Below the pieces are notes generated by a model. The model did not search any database, was not told where the DNA came from, and worked only from the letters and a program-made list of their open reading frames with translations. The position numbers were made by a program, and so were the translations under genes. A stretch of 64,000 nucleotides of DNA, taken from the NCBI RefSeq assembly GCF_001194135.2, contig NC_068985.1, forward strand, positions 33,483,660-33,547,659, in the 5' to 3' direction. Positions 1 through 12,587 of the stretch are shown one piece after another; positions within the stretch are counted from its first letter, which is position 1, and each line of letters opens with the position of its first letter. Origin of the DNA: Octopus bimaculoides (Eukaryota).

Positions 1-10
1 TATATATACA

Positions 11-419
11 TTCTTTTTCTTGTTTCAGTCATTTCAATATGGCCATGCTGGAGCACCGCCTTTAGTCAAACAAATCAACCCCAAGATTTATTCATTGTAA
101 GCCAAGAACTTATATTTTTGGTCTCTAATGCCGAATTGCTAAGCTACGGGGACATAAACATACCAACATTAGTTGTCAGGTGATGGTGGTGGGACAAACA
201 CAGACACAAATACATATATACATACATATATATCATCATCATCATTGTTTAACATCCCTACGATGGACTTCTTTCAGTTTCCATTTACCAAATCCACTCA
301 CATGGCTTTGGCCAGCCAGAGGTTATAGTAGAGGATACATGCCCAAAGTGCCACGCAGGGGGACTGAACCCGAACCATGTGGTTGCGAAACAATCTTCAT
401 ACCAGACAGCCACTCCTGT
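11..419 (-). mobile_element. tRNA-derived SINE, family A (cephalopod-type)
   Basis: The minus strand reads tRNA-like head (GTGGCTGTCTGG...GGGTTCAGTCCC), CTTGGGCA core, internal microsatellite and 3' end ATGACTGAAACAAGAAAAAGAA. The same family recurs at 18740-19120, 27030-27410, 38390-38520, 49505-49650 and 51870-52190. Confidence 0.8.
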
Positions 420-424
420 GTTTT

Positions 425-633
425 GTATATTTATATATGTGTGTGTGTGTGTGTGTATTTGTATATGTATGGATTTGTGTATATCATCATCTTGTAATAT
501 CCGCCTTCCATGCTAGCCTGGATAGAACTAATACATACATATGTGTGTGTGTGTGTGTATGTATATGTATATATGAATATGCATATATGTGTGTGTATAT
601 ATATATGAATATATGTATATATACGTCTATTTA

Positions 634-674
<41 letters not shown>

Positions 675-735
675 CTATATATATATATATCTGTATATAT
701 ATATATGTGTATATATATGTGTGTATATATATAGC
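425..735. repeat. Compound (TG)n/(TA)n microsatellite
   Basis: Directly visible dinucleotide runs. They explain the Y/I/V/C-rich ORFs at 180-826. Confidence 0.95.
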
Positions 736-929
736 CTTCATATGCTTGATCAGTAATTGTGCTTAGCAAATCATTACATGAATAGACAGTGAAATTTGCC
801 CATAGGCAGATGCTAGCATTCCTCACCTATTAATATGTGATTGAGTGACATCACACATTCATTTCCAGAGGATTACAGCACATTTACATATTCTATAGAT
901 AAGTCACAACAAGAGTTCCATGATATGAT

Positions 930-1137
930 GTGATTCAGAGGGTTTGGCAAAGTGAAGAGGTTCCTCTGGATTGGCGTGATGCAACTATGGAGATACTATA
1001 TAAATCTAAAAGTGGAAAGGTTGTCTGTGATAATTATTGTGGCATCTGTCTGTTAGCTGTTGCTGGAAAGGTCCTCTGTAGGGTATTGCTGGATAGATTG
1101 CTTCTGCACATTGCTGATGAGGTTCTACCAGAATCGC
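930..1137 (+). mobile_element. RTE-clade LINE reverse transcriptase N-terminal fragment
   Basis: Translation VWQSEEVPLDWRDATMEILYKSKSGKVVCDNYCGICLLAVAGKVLCRVLLDRL...EVLPES matches the RTE pre-RT segment (W..A.I..IYK.KG...C.NYRGISLLS..GK...R..L.RL...LPESQ). It breaks off at a (CAT)n run. Confidence 0.85.
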
Positions 1138-1149
1138 ATCATAACCATG

Positions 1150-1500
1150 ACCATCATCATCATCATCATTTATTATCTGATTTCTATATGGGTATGGGTT
1201 TGACAAGTCATTATGGTCCAAGTTATTTCTTATTGGGAACCACTGCACTCATATACTGGTTCATGTACATGTTATTTGGCTTGGTTTCTTCAGCTGGATG
1301 TCTTTCTTACTGCCAGTTACTTTATAGAATGTATTGGGTGCATTTTCTCATGACACTAACACTAGAGAGGCTGTTTTGTTCTCAACAAGGCAGTACTAAA
1401 GTTTACTTACACTTCCTCAGCTCATTTGCTGATCACTTTACACTTTGTAATGGGCATATTTTTTGTGGCACCAGCAGTAAAGGTATTATTTTGGTCACCA
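1150..1500 (-). mobile_element. Degenerate 3' UTR/tail copy of the (GAT)n-tailed RTE family
   Basis: Similar to 57720-58000 and 61975-62370; follows a (CAT)n tail on the + strand. Confidence 0.55.
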
Positions 1501-1569
1501 ATCAGTCAGAGAGAGCAGAGGTAGTGCTTTCTGTAGTTCCACCAGCAGAGGACAGGGCTTGTATACAAT

Positions 1570-1910
1570 AACTGTAGGAAGTATTCAGTAACCTAAAAAA
1601 CAACAGGAAAGAGGAGAGAGAGAGAGTGATGACAGCAGAAAAACCAGAACTGGTGAGGGAAATAAAAAAGGCAGGGTTTTAGGGATGTAAATATAAGGAG
1701 AGTGACTGGTAATAGCAGAAGCGGACAAATACAAAGTAGGTGATGGGTGGCAACAGGAGTGGCCCAGATGAGAGGAAGTAATGACTGGCAGTATAGAAAG
1801 GGAAAAGTTAATGTGTATTGAGTACATTGGTTAAAGTAAGTTGTAGAAGAAATTAACAGGAATATGAAACAAATTAAATTGAAAGACTCAGTCTTTGAGT
1901 AGTGCAACAG
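1570..1910 (-). mobile_element. Possible Penelope-like element remnant
   Basis: Purine-rich + strand with the same composition as the better-supported PLE at 39520-41200. No diagnostic motif seen. Confidence 0.3.
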
Positions 1911-3054
1911 AACTAGTGCTAATAAATAAAACTATTATTTCAAATTATAGAGCTTTCATATTGTATGGAAAACTGTTTAACAATTTTTTCTGTGTGACTA
2001 AAGGCAAAAAATGTCTTTAAAGACTTTTACAGACCGTTTTTAACTGATGTCACACTTCTATAAAAATCTAATTCAGATAAAAATATCAGAAAAGTGAATT
2101 GAAATAACAAATAACATAAATAATAAATAACATAAAATTACACAAAAGTTAGTTTTTTTCTGCTGTGTGTCAGTCATTTAATTATATTTATACTTTCCAT
2201 TTTTATTCATTTCCTTCATCTACCGCTTTATTTGGGTTATTACTTTTACCTTCAAACTTTCAATGGTATCCCCTAATTTATTCACTGTTAAGTTGAGGTC
2301 TTCATTGTTGCATTGTTTAACTGTCTTGAAATATTCTATGAGTTTTATCTTTGAATATTCCTTTCTGTAGATTTATAATTCTTATAATTCAGTCATTTCA
2401 TTGGTTTCTTTTCTATATCTAGCAATGTCTTTTAAACATTGATATTTTACTCAAACTGGTTCTAATTGCTTCCATGACTCACTATAAAATGAGCAATAAA
2501 AAAAAATTGTTGAAAACTTAGCAACCCCCCCCCCCAAATCCAATTCAAATGAGTAAAATTTATTCTGAAAAAATATTCAAATTTAGGATCTTTTTTTTGC
2601 ATTCCTTCTTTTACATAATAATGCTGATTAAATGTTTTTCTTTTATTTCTCTGTCATGTATCATTACAAAAATACTTCAATGTGCATCAAGCAAATTCCT
2701 TTTATGGCGATTCCACATAAACATAAACGACTACACGATATATTGCATTGCAATCATACAGGCAAATAACTTGTTTGTTTTGTTTCCAAGCACTATCTTT
2801 CGCTTTCTCTTTCTTTCTCTCTTTTTTCTATGTACATTTAATTCTATATTAAGATCACCAGAAGGTTCTGATTTCAATCCCCACTAAAGGTGGCATTTCA
2901 AAAAATAGCCAGGAGGATACTAGGAGTCATTACCTAGATGAATCTGGCTTCCTAAGAGTGTCAGAAACTAATGGGCCAAAACACTTGCTAAATGGGAGTT
3001 TTTCCCCTGAAAATTTTTCTTGTCTGTCCATCCTTATAACAAGTTTCCACTTAT

Positions 3055-4275
3055 ATGTCTCAATCCACTTAGTTGACAGGAATAAGAATCAGATGTTCAT
3101 ACCATGTAGTCTGAGTTAGACCAGCTTCCTGATACTTTATTTTATAAACCCCAAAGGGATGAAAAGCAAAGTTGATTTCAGTGGGATTTGAACTTCAAAT
3201 GTTAAGATCCTTGAGTAAAAACCACATTGCATTTTGTCCAACACTCATTCTGAAAATCCACCACACTTATAATAATACTTTCTACTATAGGCATTGGGGT
3301 AACATTTTAGGTGAGGGAGCTAGTCAATTACATTGACACTAATGCACAACTGGTACTTATTTTATCAATCCCAGAGGAATGAAAGACAAAGTTGACCCTG
3401 GCAGAATTTGAACTTAGAATGTAAAGAACTGGAAGAAATGCCACTAATCATTTCGTTTGGTGTGCTAACAATTCTGCCAGCTTGCCTAATGGTTTCTGAT
3501 TTAGGCACAAGGCCAACAGTTTTGAGGGGAGAGGATCAGTCAAGTGAATTGACTCTTGTGCTAGACTAATTCTTCATAATTTAGGTACAAGACCATCAGT
3601 TTTACTTTTGTCCACAGTAATTATCTAGTACTTTATTTTATCCATTCTGAAAGGATGAAAGGTAAGGTTGAACTTGGAAGGATTTGAACTCAGGACGTTA
3701 TAAGCCAGAAATAATGGTTTCTAATTTAGACACAAGCCAGCAATTTTGGAGGATGTGAATTAATCAATACCATGGACCCCATTACTCAACTGGTACTTTA
3801 TTTTTTTTTTCAACTCCAGAAAGACCTCAGTGGGATCTGCATTCAGAAAGTAAAGAGTTAGAACAAATACCACAAAGCATTTTCCTAACACTCTAACAGA
3901 ATTTTGTTAGCTCACCATCTTAAAAGTAATAATGGTTATGACTTCTAGTTTAGGTGCAAGGAGAGATGAAAGACCTTGGCAGGAATTGAACTTAGAATGT
4001 GAAGAGTCAGGAGAAATACTACAAGACACTCTAACAATTCTTCCAGTTCCCTGCCTTTAAAATAATGCTTTCTAATTTAGGCACAAGGCTAATAATTTTG
4101 AGGGGAGGGGTTTAGTTGATACCATGAGTCCCACTACTTGACTGGTACTTTATCAATCTCTAAAAAATGAAAAGGAAAGTTTACCGTGGTGAGATTTGAA
4201 CTCAGGAGGTAACACATTGGTAAAAAAGCTGCTAAGCATTTTGTCCAATGCATTAACGGCTCTGCCACCTCACTC
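3055..4275 (-). mobile_element. Array of about six family-B tRNA-SINE copies, all on the minus strand
   Basis: Repeated TGGTACTT(T)AT...GAAAGGCAAAGTTGACC...GAATTTGAACTCAGAATGT...GCATTTT...CTGCCAGC units, the reverse complement of the family-B consensus (GGCAGAAT A-box, GAGTTCAAATTC B-box). Confidence 0.85.
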
Positions 4276-5543
4276 TCTAACATAAGCACAATGCCATTAG
4301 GCAACATTTTAGCTCTCTAAATTTGGATTTAAAGGCTATAGCAATGTCATTATAACATTTTTCATAACAATTATTAAAGTTACAAACAATTAAGTGAAAG
4401 ACAAAAACTTTGAAAATAAAGAAAAATGAGACTGTTTTTATCAAAAGGCTGTAAAGTAAAAGGATATAAAAGATATAAACTATAGAAATATTATAAAAGA
4501 AAATTAGGAACACAATTTTTTTTTTTACCAATTCAAAAAGACACCAATGTTAAAACTAAAAGATTGAATGCCTAAAGGAACTTAATAAAGAACTATTTTA
4601 AAAGATATAAACTTGGTTAGATACATAACCTCTTCCTGTCTGGGATGAAAGCATAAAATTACTGTGAATATAGCATGAAAGATTACATTAAATGAAATAA
4701 AATATATTTTGAAGGATTGAGAAGTTTATTCCTAACTAAATTTATTGAAGAGACATATAGAATAATGGTTTAATAAAAAATGCAAATGCAAAATTTACTA
4801 ACATCTTGCTCTTAGAAACAGAATTTCTTCTCCCAGATCCTCCTTTGTAGAGGCCCTTAAATCTGATGCAATTATTTTTAGCATAGAAGACTTGCCTTCC
4901 AATTCTGACTTGGGTGGGTGGCTTTGCTTGTTAGAGTTCTTGCTACATTACTAATAGCCTTTGTATAAGCAGAGATGACTAATTCTAAAGTCAGTTTCGA
5001 TGAGCAGTCAGACGTTTCCAGTTCTTTTAATCCTTTTAAAAAAAATCTTGCTGAAATTTTTGACATCTACAGTTTTTCTATTTTTTTCTTTTTCTTTCTT
5101 TTTTTTTCTTTTTGTGTTGGTTTACTTTCAAAATGCTTCCTTTTTATCCAAGTATGCTTTGTTTGAAGAGGATGATTGTGAATTACCAATGTTTCTAGTT
5201 TATTTGTTCTGTGTTTTGATAGTTTCAGGTACCACTTGTATTCCTTTCATGTGCATTACTACTTCAAAGAGTGCCTCTTTCCCTTTAGCAATTTGGTCAT
5301 TGTTCAACACAATTCAGTCCATTGGATAGAGGTAAATAGCTGTAAATAGCAGTTAACAGGATTTTATTATCCAGCAAGAGATCATCTTATTTTTGTTTTC
5401 ATAGAAGATTAACTGCCATCAGCATTATATTTAAATTAAGTTAGAGTCAGTGCATTTTTACTGACATTTTTTATGCCAGAAACGCAATAATTACTTTTGA
5501 CTCTAACTCCACAACTTTGGCTCCAGTTTCATGACTCAGACTG

Positions 5544-5547
<4 letters not shown>

Positions 5548-5608
<61 letters not shown>
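5548..5608. repeat. (TA)n microsatellite
   Basis: Perfect TA run. Confidence 0.98.
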
Positions 5609-5611
<3 letters not shown>

Positions 5612-6590
5612 AATCTCAAGAAACACAACCTGAAAAACCATTACATTAAGAGTCATCTGCATTTACAAATATACCTTACCTGGTTAGATATGTAGCTGAT
5701 TGGAAAACTGCTCCATCAGTATTCTCTCTGTGGTTATTCCATCTTTATTAAAACTCGGTTGAGTTTTTGTATATAAAAAGTTACATAACAGGATTTGAGC
5801 AACAGTGCTTCAATAAGTTTTACTTAATCATATTACTCTTGTCAGAAGTAACTTTCTATATCTATGTAATTATATGTCTAAAATATGTGAGACAACTTAT
5901 TAGTATAATCTTAAATTTTAGATATGTAATTACTGAGAAAATTTACTGAATTTTTAAAGTGAAAATTGCTATGTTCACATTTTAGTAAAAGTAGAATTTA
6001 TTTTAAATCATTATTTTCATGAATTGTTTAGTATATACTATATAGGTATCTTGTAGACAGACAAAACAAGAACCAATAGCAAACTAATGTGACTGATGAA
6101 ATTTGATCAGTCTCAAGTGTCATATCCACTCTTACCTCTGAGTTAAAAGAAGTCAGTATAAGTGGAGTTTTCCGTTTACTCAACTACTTTGGCAATTTAG
6201 TCCAATAGCTAGCTAAACATTCTAAAAAAGAGCAGAAGAGTAAGTAAAACCAGGTGGGAGGTAGATTACCACTTAATATATTTCATAAGCTATATCTTGT
6301 TTATTTCTTCCTGTAGGGTGGTGCAACATAAAACTTTTTAGGAAAACAACATTTTCTCACATATTGAGTAGGAAGAATTTGATTTCAAATCAAGTATTTT
6401 CCGTTTTACACTAACTTCTCTTTTATATAGACAGTCAATTTGGTTCAGAGATTAGAGTAATGAAACCAAAATTTGCAAGTAACAAATTCAAACTTTTAAG
6501 TTTGAATTAGAACAATATATTTAAGTAACTGTAATAAATGACTTCTCAGGTCTGAAGAGCTGATGTTTAGCTTCAGATTTAAAGCATTAA

Positions 6591-6804
6591 CCCTTTAACA
6601 TTCAAATTATTCTGTCCAATGTAATGCTTGTTTATTTATATTGTTTTGAATTAATCATTTATTTTCTCATAGCTTTGAGATTTTGATAATTTGATTGTTT
6701 ACTTTTAGAATAACATTGTACAGGTGGTGTGAGAGGCTGAGTCTGGCTGGTTTTAACATAAGCAGAATATTTTGGCTGGATATGCTGGTTTAAATGCTAA
6801 AGGG
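6591..6804. mobile_element. piggyBac-type MITE
   Basis: TTAA target duplication at 6587-6590 and 6805-6808. Termini are CCCTTTAACATT / AATGCTAAAGGG. The internal sequence is shared with 31253-31477 and 25752-25960. Confidence 0.85.
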
Positions 6805-7494
6805 TTAATTAGATGACACTTGAATATTCCCTTGGATTGGCCATTTCCAAAGTATCTGACACCTATTAATATACGTGGAATTAAGTGTACTGTTTAAATA
6901 CTTAATGAAATGTCTTCATTAGAATTGGACTTGTGGCCTTTGAACTTACAGTTCAATATCAGATCCATTCAGCTAATGGTATGATGTTTAGGTGATGAAT
7001 TGAGGATATTCTCCAGTTTTGTAATATAAGCTACTTGTTTTAGTTTTTACACAGAAATTGCTGAATATATAAAAATATTTCCCAACATCTAACATTGTCT
7101 ATTAGGTGATGTTGGATCTCATCTGGAAAGAATATTTTTACTGGAAATAATCTTCTGAAAATGAATTTCTATGTAAGAAGACACTGAGTACATTTCCCCA
7201 TGAGTATTGTTTTAATTTATTTGGATTTTTTCCACATCATTTTTTTTCTCTTTTTTTTTGTTTTTTTTTTTCTGTCTCTCTGTTAGTTGGTTGTAAAAGG
7301 AATTCTCTTCAAATTGATTAGTAAAAAAAAAAATTGAATTCTTCAACAATGTGGTTGCTATAGTAATAGACATCTTTTCTGTGTCTTTTAGCTCTGAAAC
7401 ATAAAAGAAACCAATGATTGAAAACAAGTCTGTTTAATGATTTATTATCTTAACAAAGTTGCTAGTAATCAACAAAACCAGGAAATTCCTTACT

Positions 7495-7750
7495 CTTAAT
7501 TGGCCCAATGCTCCTGTCAATTCTATTGTCATTTACAAAGTTGACTACTGTAATTCCCTATTCCTCATTCCATTATCTTCTAAAAAAAATGCTGGAAAAT
7601 TATAAAACTTCAAAGCAATTACCCTTGTGTTAATGGCAAGACTCCCTTTAAAAAGAGTACAGCTATCAATATTAGTCAGTCTAAATTAATTACCAATAGA
7701 AGTGCATGTGTACTCTTAAAAAATCTTGATTCACCTTTTGTAATCAATTC
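7495..7750 (+). mobile_element. Degenerate L2/CR1-type LINE fragment (post-RT region)
   Basis: Translation IVIYKVDYCNSLFLIP resembles the L2/CR1 LVISRLDYCNSLL.G.P motif. Confidence 0.55.
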
Positions 7751-7984
7751 TAGTTAGCTGCTTTAATTATCATTGAACTCCAATTAATAAATGTCACGGT
7801 GAAAGAAGCAGACAATATTATAGTCTAAAATTTCAGAATGGATTAAAAAGTTTTAGAGTACCTTGTATTTCAGAGAGAAACTGAAAACTGTCTTTTCATA
7901 GTGGCTCAATATTATTTTCTAAACTTGAATGAACATTCTCTGAATCCTTTGTGCTGCCAACCTCAAATAGAACAGAAATTTTCA

Positions 7985-8135
7985 TACATTGTTTATTATT
8001 GTTCTGGTCACCATTGTTATTGTCATCATCTTTATTGACACCACAGTCATTATTACTATTGTCACAACCCTCATTGTTGTTTATCTCCTCCTCATCATCA
8101 TCGTCATTGTCATCATCATCATCATTGTCATTGAT
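7985..8135. repeat. Degenerate (CAT/TAT/TGT)n low-complexity tract
   Basis: Trinucleotide periodicity. Similar tracts lie at 50100-50280 and 60230-60335. Confidence 0.85.
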
Positions 8136-8439
8136 ATTTTGACAAAAATATGCATTAATAATTTTCCTCAATGACTTGCACTAAAATAATTTAGATTACT
8201 GAAGTATCAAGATAGAATAAACAAGTCATATGTATTCTCCAGTATAGTAAGTTTACTGCATAAAATGATTTAGCTCCGTGTATGCACATCTGTTTCAATA
8301 AGTGCAAGTGTAAATGCATTTATGTGGGTGGTGCATATATGTGTGAGTGAAGATTCTTTCCTGCATTCATCTCTGGACGTATTTCCAGTATATTTGTATC
8401 AGTGTATATGTGAGTGACAACACTTCTAGTTGTGTGAAT

Positions 8440-8625
8440 TTAGGATGTTACTGTTGTAGTTGAGCTCCAAGTCAGCCCTGATTGAACAGATCTATGATCA
8501 AAAGTATTTCATCCCATCTTCTTTTTTTAGGCATAGCACATCTATGATCGACAGTAGGCTGTAATTTGGAGGGGATTTGGTTGCAATTTCTGGCAAGTCA
8601 AGCAACCATGTACAAGGTCCCCATG
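8440..8625 (+). mobile_element. Short interspersed repeat, unclassified
   Basis: AGCTCC(A/G)GTCAGCCCTGAT...GACCTATGATCAAAGG...GTAATTTG(A/G)GGG...TTTCTAGCAGGT. Related copies are at 13735-13880, 25590-25745 (minus), 37445-37600 and 51215-51290. Confidence 0.6.
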
Positions 8626-9052
8626 GACTTGTTTAAGATTACGTGAGGAAGTATGTGCCAATGCATGAGAATACACTCATGTGTCTGTATGTGCATTTGT
8701 ATTATGCATAGAACATGATACAGTGTAAATGCTGGGTCAGTAGTGAAGATAATTGTATGGTGATATAAAAAGTATGAACTAAAACTATTTTACTAAATAT
8801 ATGATAGACCTGTTTCATTCAACCCAGTTAAAAATAGATATTACAGTTGCTTCATTGTCTTCTGAGTTCAATTATGAATGGCATCTAAATCAATCAGCAA
8901 TTCTGAATTCGTAAAATAATTCAATCATTATGGATGAATATCTTTGAATTATATAATTAAGCACAGACATATTTATATAGTTTTTGTTTTGCTTTGGTGT
9001 GGACGCATAACATTTTCAGTACAATAAACATGATTTTTTTAAAGCACTTAAG

Positions 9053-9395
9053 NNNNNNNNNNNNNNNNNNNNNNNNNNNNNNNNNNNNNNNNNNNNNNNN
9101 NNNNNNNNNNNNNNNNNNNNNNNNNNNNNNNNNNNNNNNNNNNNNNNNNNNNNNNNNNNNNNNNNNNNNNNNNNNNNNNNNNNNNNNNNNNNNNNNNNNN
9201 NNNNNNNNNNNNNNNNNNNNNNNNNNNNNNNNNNNNNNNNNNNNNNNNNNNNNNNNNNNNNNNNNNNNNNNNNNNNNNNNNNNNNNNNNNNNNNNNNNNN
9301 NNNNNNNNNNNNNNNNNNNNNNNNNNNNNNNNNNNNNNNNNNNNNNNNNNNNNNNNNNNNNNNNNNNNNNNNNNNNNNNNNNNNNNNNNNNNNNN
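9053..9395. other. Assembly gap
   Basis: N run. Confidence 1.
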
Positions 9396-9412
9396 AAACC
9401 TTTCTCTCTCTC

Positions 9413-9445
<33 letters not shown>

Positions 9446-9458
9446 ATGTATGTATGTA

Positions 9459-9503
<45 letters not shown>

Positions 9504-9559
9504 TACACTTTATAGAGTATAGATGTGCACACTAGTCATGGCTTGTACTCTAAAAAGCT

Positions 9560-10300
9560 AAAGACCCTTCATGATTCTATGCTGTTTCCTTTCGTTCAAG
9601 GCAGTGAGACCATGAATATGAATAAAAACCAGGATACTGCCAGAAGAACCAGACAGAATGGGTGAGAGGAGCAAATGTATGATGGTGGTGGTGGGGGAAC
9701 CAGTGATTGGGGTGAGAGTACTGTAGAAGAGGTCAGTAATGGAATTGTCGTAGTGCTGGTGGGTTATGGAGGAGAGACAGAAATGGTAGGAGTAATGGAA
9801 GAAAGACACTGATGGCAGTTACATGTTTAGTGGTATGAGAAAGAGATTGAGTGATGGTTGGTAACAGAGATGGATGAGAGTAAGAGAGTCATGGATGTCA
9901 AAAATGTGTTACTTGGAGGAGAGGGAGTGATGACTTTCAGTACAGAAAGAGTGATAGCTTGCAACACAGAAAGTGTGACAGAAGGCAGTACAGGAAAGGT
10001 GATGAAAAGGAAGGTAGCAAGGGAGATTGAAGAAATACAGATTTAATGCCATCTTTCATTACTTAGAAAACATAATGCGGTGATTAGGAGAAGGAGTGTC
10101 AGAGAGATGTGAGGGTTGGCCCGATCCTATACTATTTCTAGTTACACAGACAGCAAGTGTAGTGGATAGATGACAAATGCTACCTCTAGTAATACATGCA
10201 TGTGTGCTAGATAGATGAGAGGCTATCAAATAAGCAGTGGGAGCAGCAAATAGAGACTAAGCAGAAATATATTAGGCTAGACACCCAAATGTAGATATAA
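9560..10300 (-). mobile_element. Decayed Penelope-like element remnant
   Basis: G/A-rich + strand and C/T-rich minus strand, like the PLE at 39520-41200. No intact motif. Confidence 0.4.
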
Positions 10301-10320
10301 ACTAATAAAATGTGTGTGTA

Positions 10321-10399
<79 letters not shown>

Positions 10400-10424
10400 G
10401 TATATATGTATGTATGTATATATA

Positions 10425-10846
10425 NNNNNNNNNNNNNNNNNNNNNNNNNNNNNNNNNNNNNNNNNNNNNNNNNNNNNNNNNNNNNNNNNNNNNNNNNNNN
10501 NNNNNNNNNNNNNNNNNNNNNNNNNNNNNNNNNNNNNNNNNNNNNNNNNNNNNNNNNNNNNNNNNNNNNNNNNNNNNNNNNNNNNNNNNNNNNNNNNNNN
10601 NNNNNNNNNNNNNNNNNNNNNNNNNNNNNNNNNNNNNNNNNNNNNNNNNNNNNNNNNNNNNNNNNNNNNNNNNNNNNNNNNNNNNNNNNNNNNNNNNNNN
10701 NNNNNNNNNNNNNNNNNNNNNNNNNNNNNNNNNNNNNNNNNNNNNNNNNNNNNNNNNNNNNNNNNNNNNNNNNNNNNNNNNNNNNNNNNNNNNNNNNNNN
10801 NNNNNNNNNNNNNNNNNNNNNNNNNNNNNNNNNNNNNNNNNNNNNN
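10425..10846. other. Assembly gap next to a (TA)n/(TG)n microsatellite
   Basis: N run. Confidence 1.
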
Positions 10847-10945
10847 ATTATATTTCTAATTTTGCTGATCAGTGAATGAACTTCACTATGATTTACATAA
10901 GTTTGTGAAGGCGAAACAGGCTTCTCTATCCAGCTGGCAAGCTAC

Positions 10946-10988
10946 TTCAGGCTGATGACGAGCAAAGACTCAGAAACATGTCCCTGAA
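10946..10988 (+). ncRNA. Minimal type I hammerhead ribozyme motif
   Basis: TTCAGG-CTGATGA-C-GAG-CAAAGA-CTC-A-GAAA-CAT-GTC|CCTGAA. It has a perfect 6-bp stem I, the conserved core, a 3-bp stem II, palindromic stem III (ACATGT) and a GUC cleavage triplet ending at 10982. Confidence 0.8.
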
Positions 10989-11297
10989 TGCTGGCTAGGC
11001 TGGGTGGAGGAGCTTGTCTCCCCTTTGCAAACTTAAGGAGACAGTAATTGTGTCAAGGCCAACAGGAAGCGGTCCAGCTTCCTAGGGCTAAACGGCAGTA
11101 GTGTGTTCCCTTATTGGGATTGTCACATTAAGTTGACAATATACTACAACTTTATATATATATATATATATTGATATAAGAATTTTATAAACTTTCAAGA
11201 GAACATGAAATAATACTTTTTTAGCAGATGTAACAGTTATTTCCACTCTTCAATGTGCTAACCCTTCTTCCAGCTCACCACTATAATAATAATAATA

Positions 11298-11725
11298 ATT
11301 TCTGATTAAGGCACAAGGTCAACAATTTTAAGGGAAGAAGTTTAATCGATACCAACAATCCCAGTACTTGACTGGTACTTTATTTTATTGACCCTGAAGG
11401 ATAAAAGGTAAAGTTGGCTTTGGTAGGATTTGAACTTTGAATGTAAAGAACCAGAAGAAATGCCATAAAGCATTTTTCTGATGCCCTTCTACTGCTCTCA
11501 CACTGATACTAATAACTCTTTCTATTATAGGCATTAAGCCTGAAAGTGTGGCTAGTCAATTACATTGATCCCTGTGCTCAACTGGTACATATTTTATTGA
11601 CTCCAAAAAGGAGGAAAGGCAAAGTTGACCTCAATGGGATTTGAACTCAGAATGTAAAAAACAACAAGAAATGCCTTGAAGTATTTTTATTTTTTCAATG
11701 CTTTAACAGTTCTGCCAGTTTACTG
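11298..11725 (-). mobile_element. Two tandem family-B SINE copies
   Basis: Two successive reverse-complement family-B units, each with an (AAT)n tail remnant on the + strand. Confidence 0.8.
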
Positions 11726-12523
11726 TCATCATAATAATGATGATGAAAATGCTGCTGCTACTGCTGATGGGGGTGGGGGTGGTGATGATGATAACAGTGG
11801 AGTTTTGTGCTTCTTGAGTGTAATAATGTTATTATTAGTTAAGAGGTAATAACTTTGAGTATGGTAATTTTCAATGTGATAGTTAAATACAGGGTATATA
11901 AAGTCATCATTATCAACCAAAAGTTCTCGTTATAACTTTAATTTAAAAGCAGAAACTAAATATATTAACCCAATAAATCAATAGAAAATTCAAAATTGAT
12001 TTGCCACCAATTTTTTTTAATGCATATGTATGCATTATGTGTGCATATGTTTGTTCATTTTAAGCAATATTTTATGTACCGTTTCAAGTACAGAGTTAAT
12101 GGCAGCACTCAACATTTCCTTTATAGCAGAATTTATACAGGGCCACTTGCTTAATTGGTAACATAGTAGTGTGTTCTAAGATATATGGATTGTCTATGTG
12201 TATACATACTCATATATACATATATGTTTTCACTATTAATACAATTAATAGATATATGCACCCACACAAACACACACATATGCATAGAGGCAGGCTTCCC
12301 CATTTGTCTCTGTCTAATAAATTCCACGTACAAGACATTGGCCAAGCCATAGCAGTAGGCACATGTCCAGTGTGCCATGCAAACAGGATCAAACCAGGAA
12401 CCATATAGTCATAAAGCGAACTCCTTAACTACGCAGCCATTCCTATGGCATTGCTGTATGTATATCTGTTAATATTTTGGCAATTTTTCTTTCATGGGAT
12501 ATATCTTTACTTTCTTTGTTCAG

Positions 12524-12587
12524 CATAAGCAATCATAGTGAAGTACTACAAAGCTACTTTATCAATTACCATTCACTGCATTTTATG
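12524..12587 (+). CDS. Candidate internal exon, product unknown (ISNHSEVLQSYFINYHSLHFM)
   Basis: 85-nt AG-free zone and ...TTTACTTTCTTTGTTCAG| acceptor. Donor ATG|GTAATG is moderate. Only one frame is open (starts phase 2, ends phase 0). No homology recognised. Confidence 0.25.

Noticed and set aside
180-826. Long ORFs rich in Y/I/V/C/H/T (also 8994-9515, 10310-10879, 27590-27936, 31564-32301, 38447-38845)
   Set aside because: They are translations of dinucleotide microsatellites or N gaps, not genes.
930-1571. 213-aa ORF as a single gene
   Set aside because: It is a chimera: an RTE RT fragment, a (CAT)n His run and the antisense of a repeat tail.
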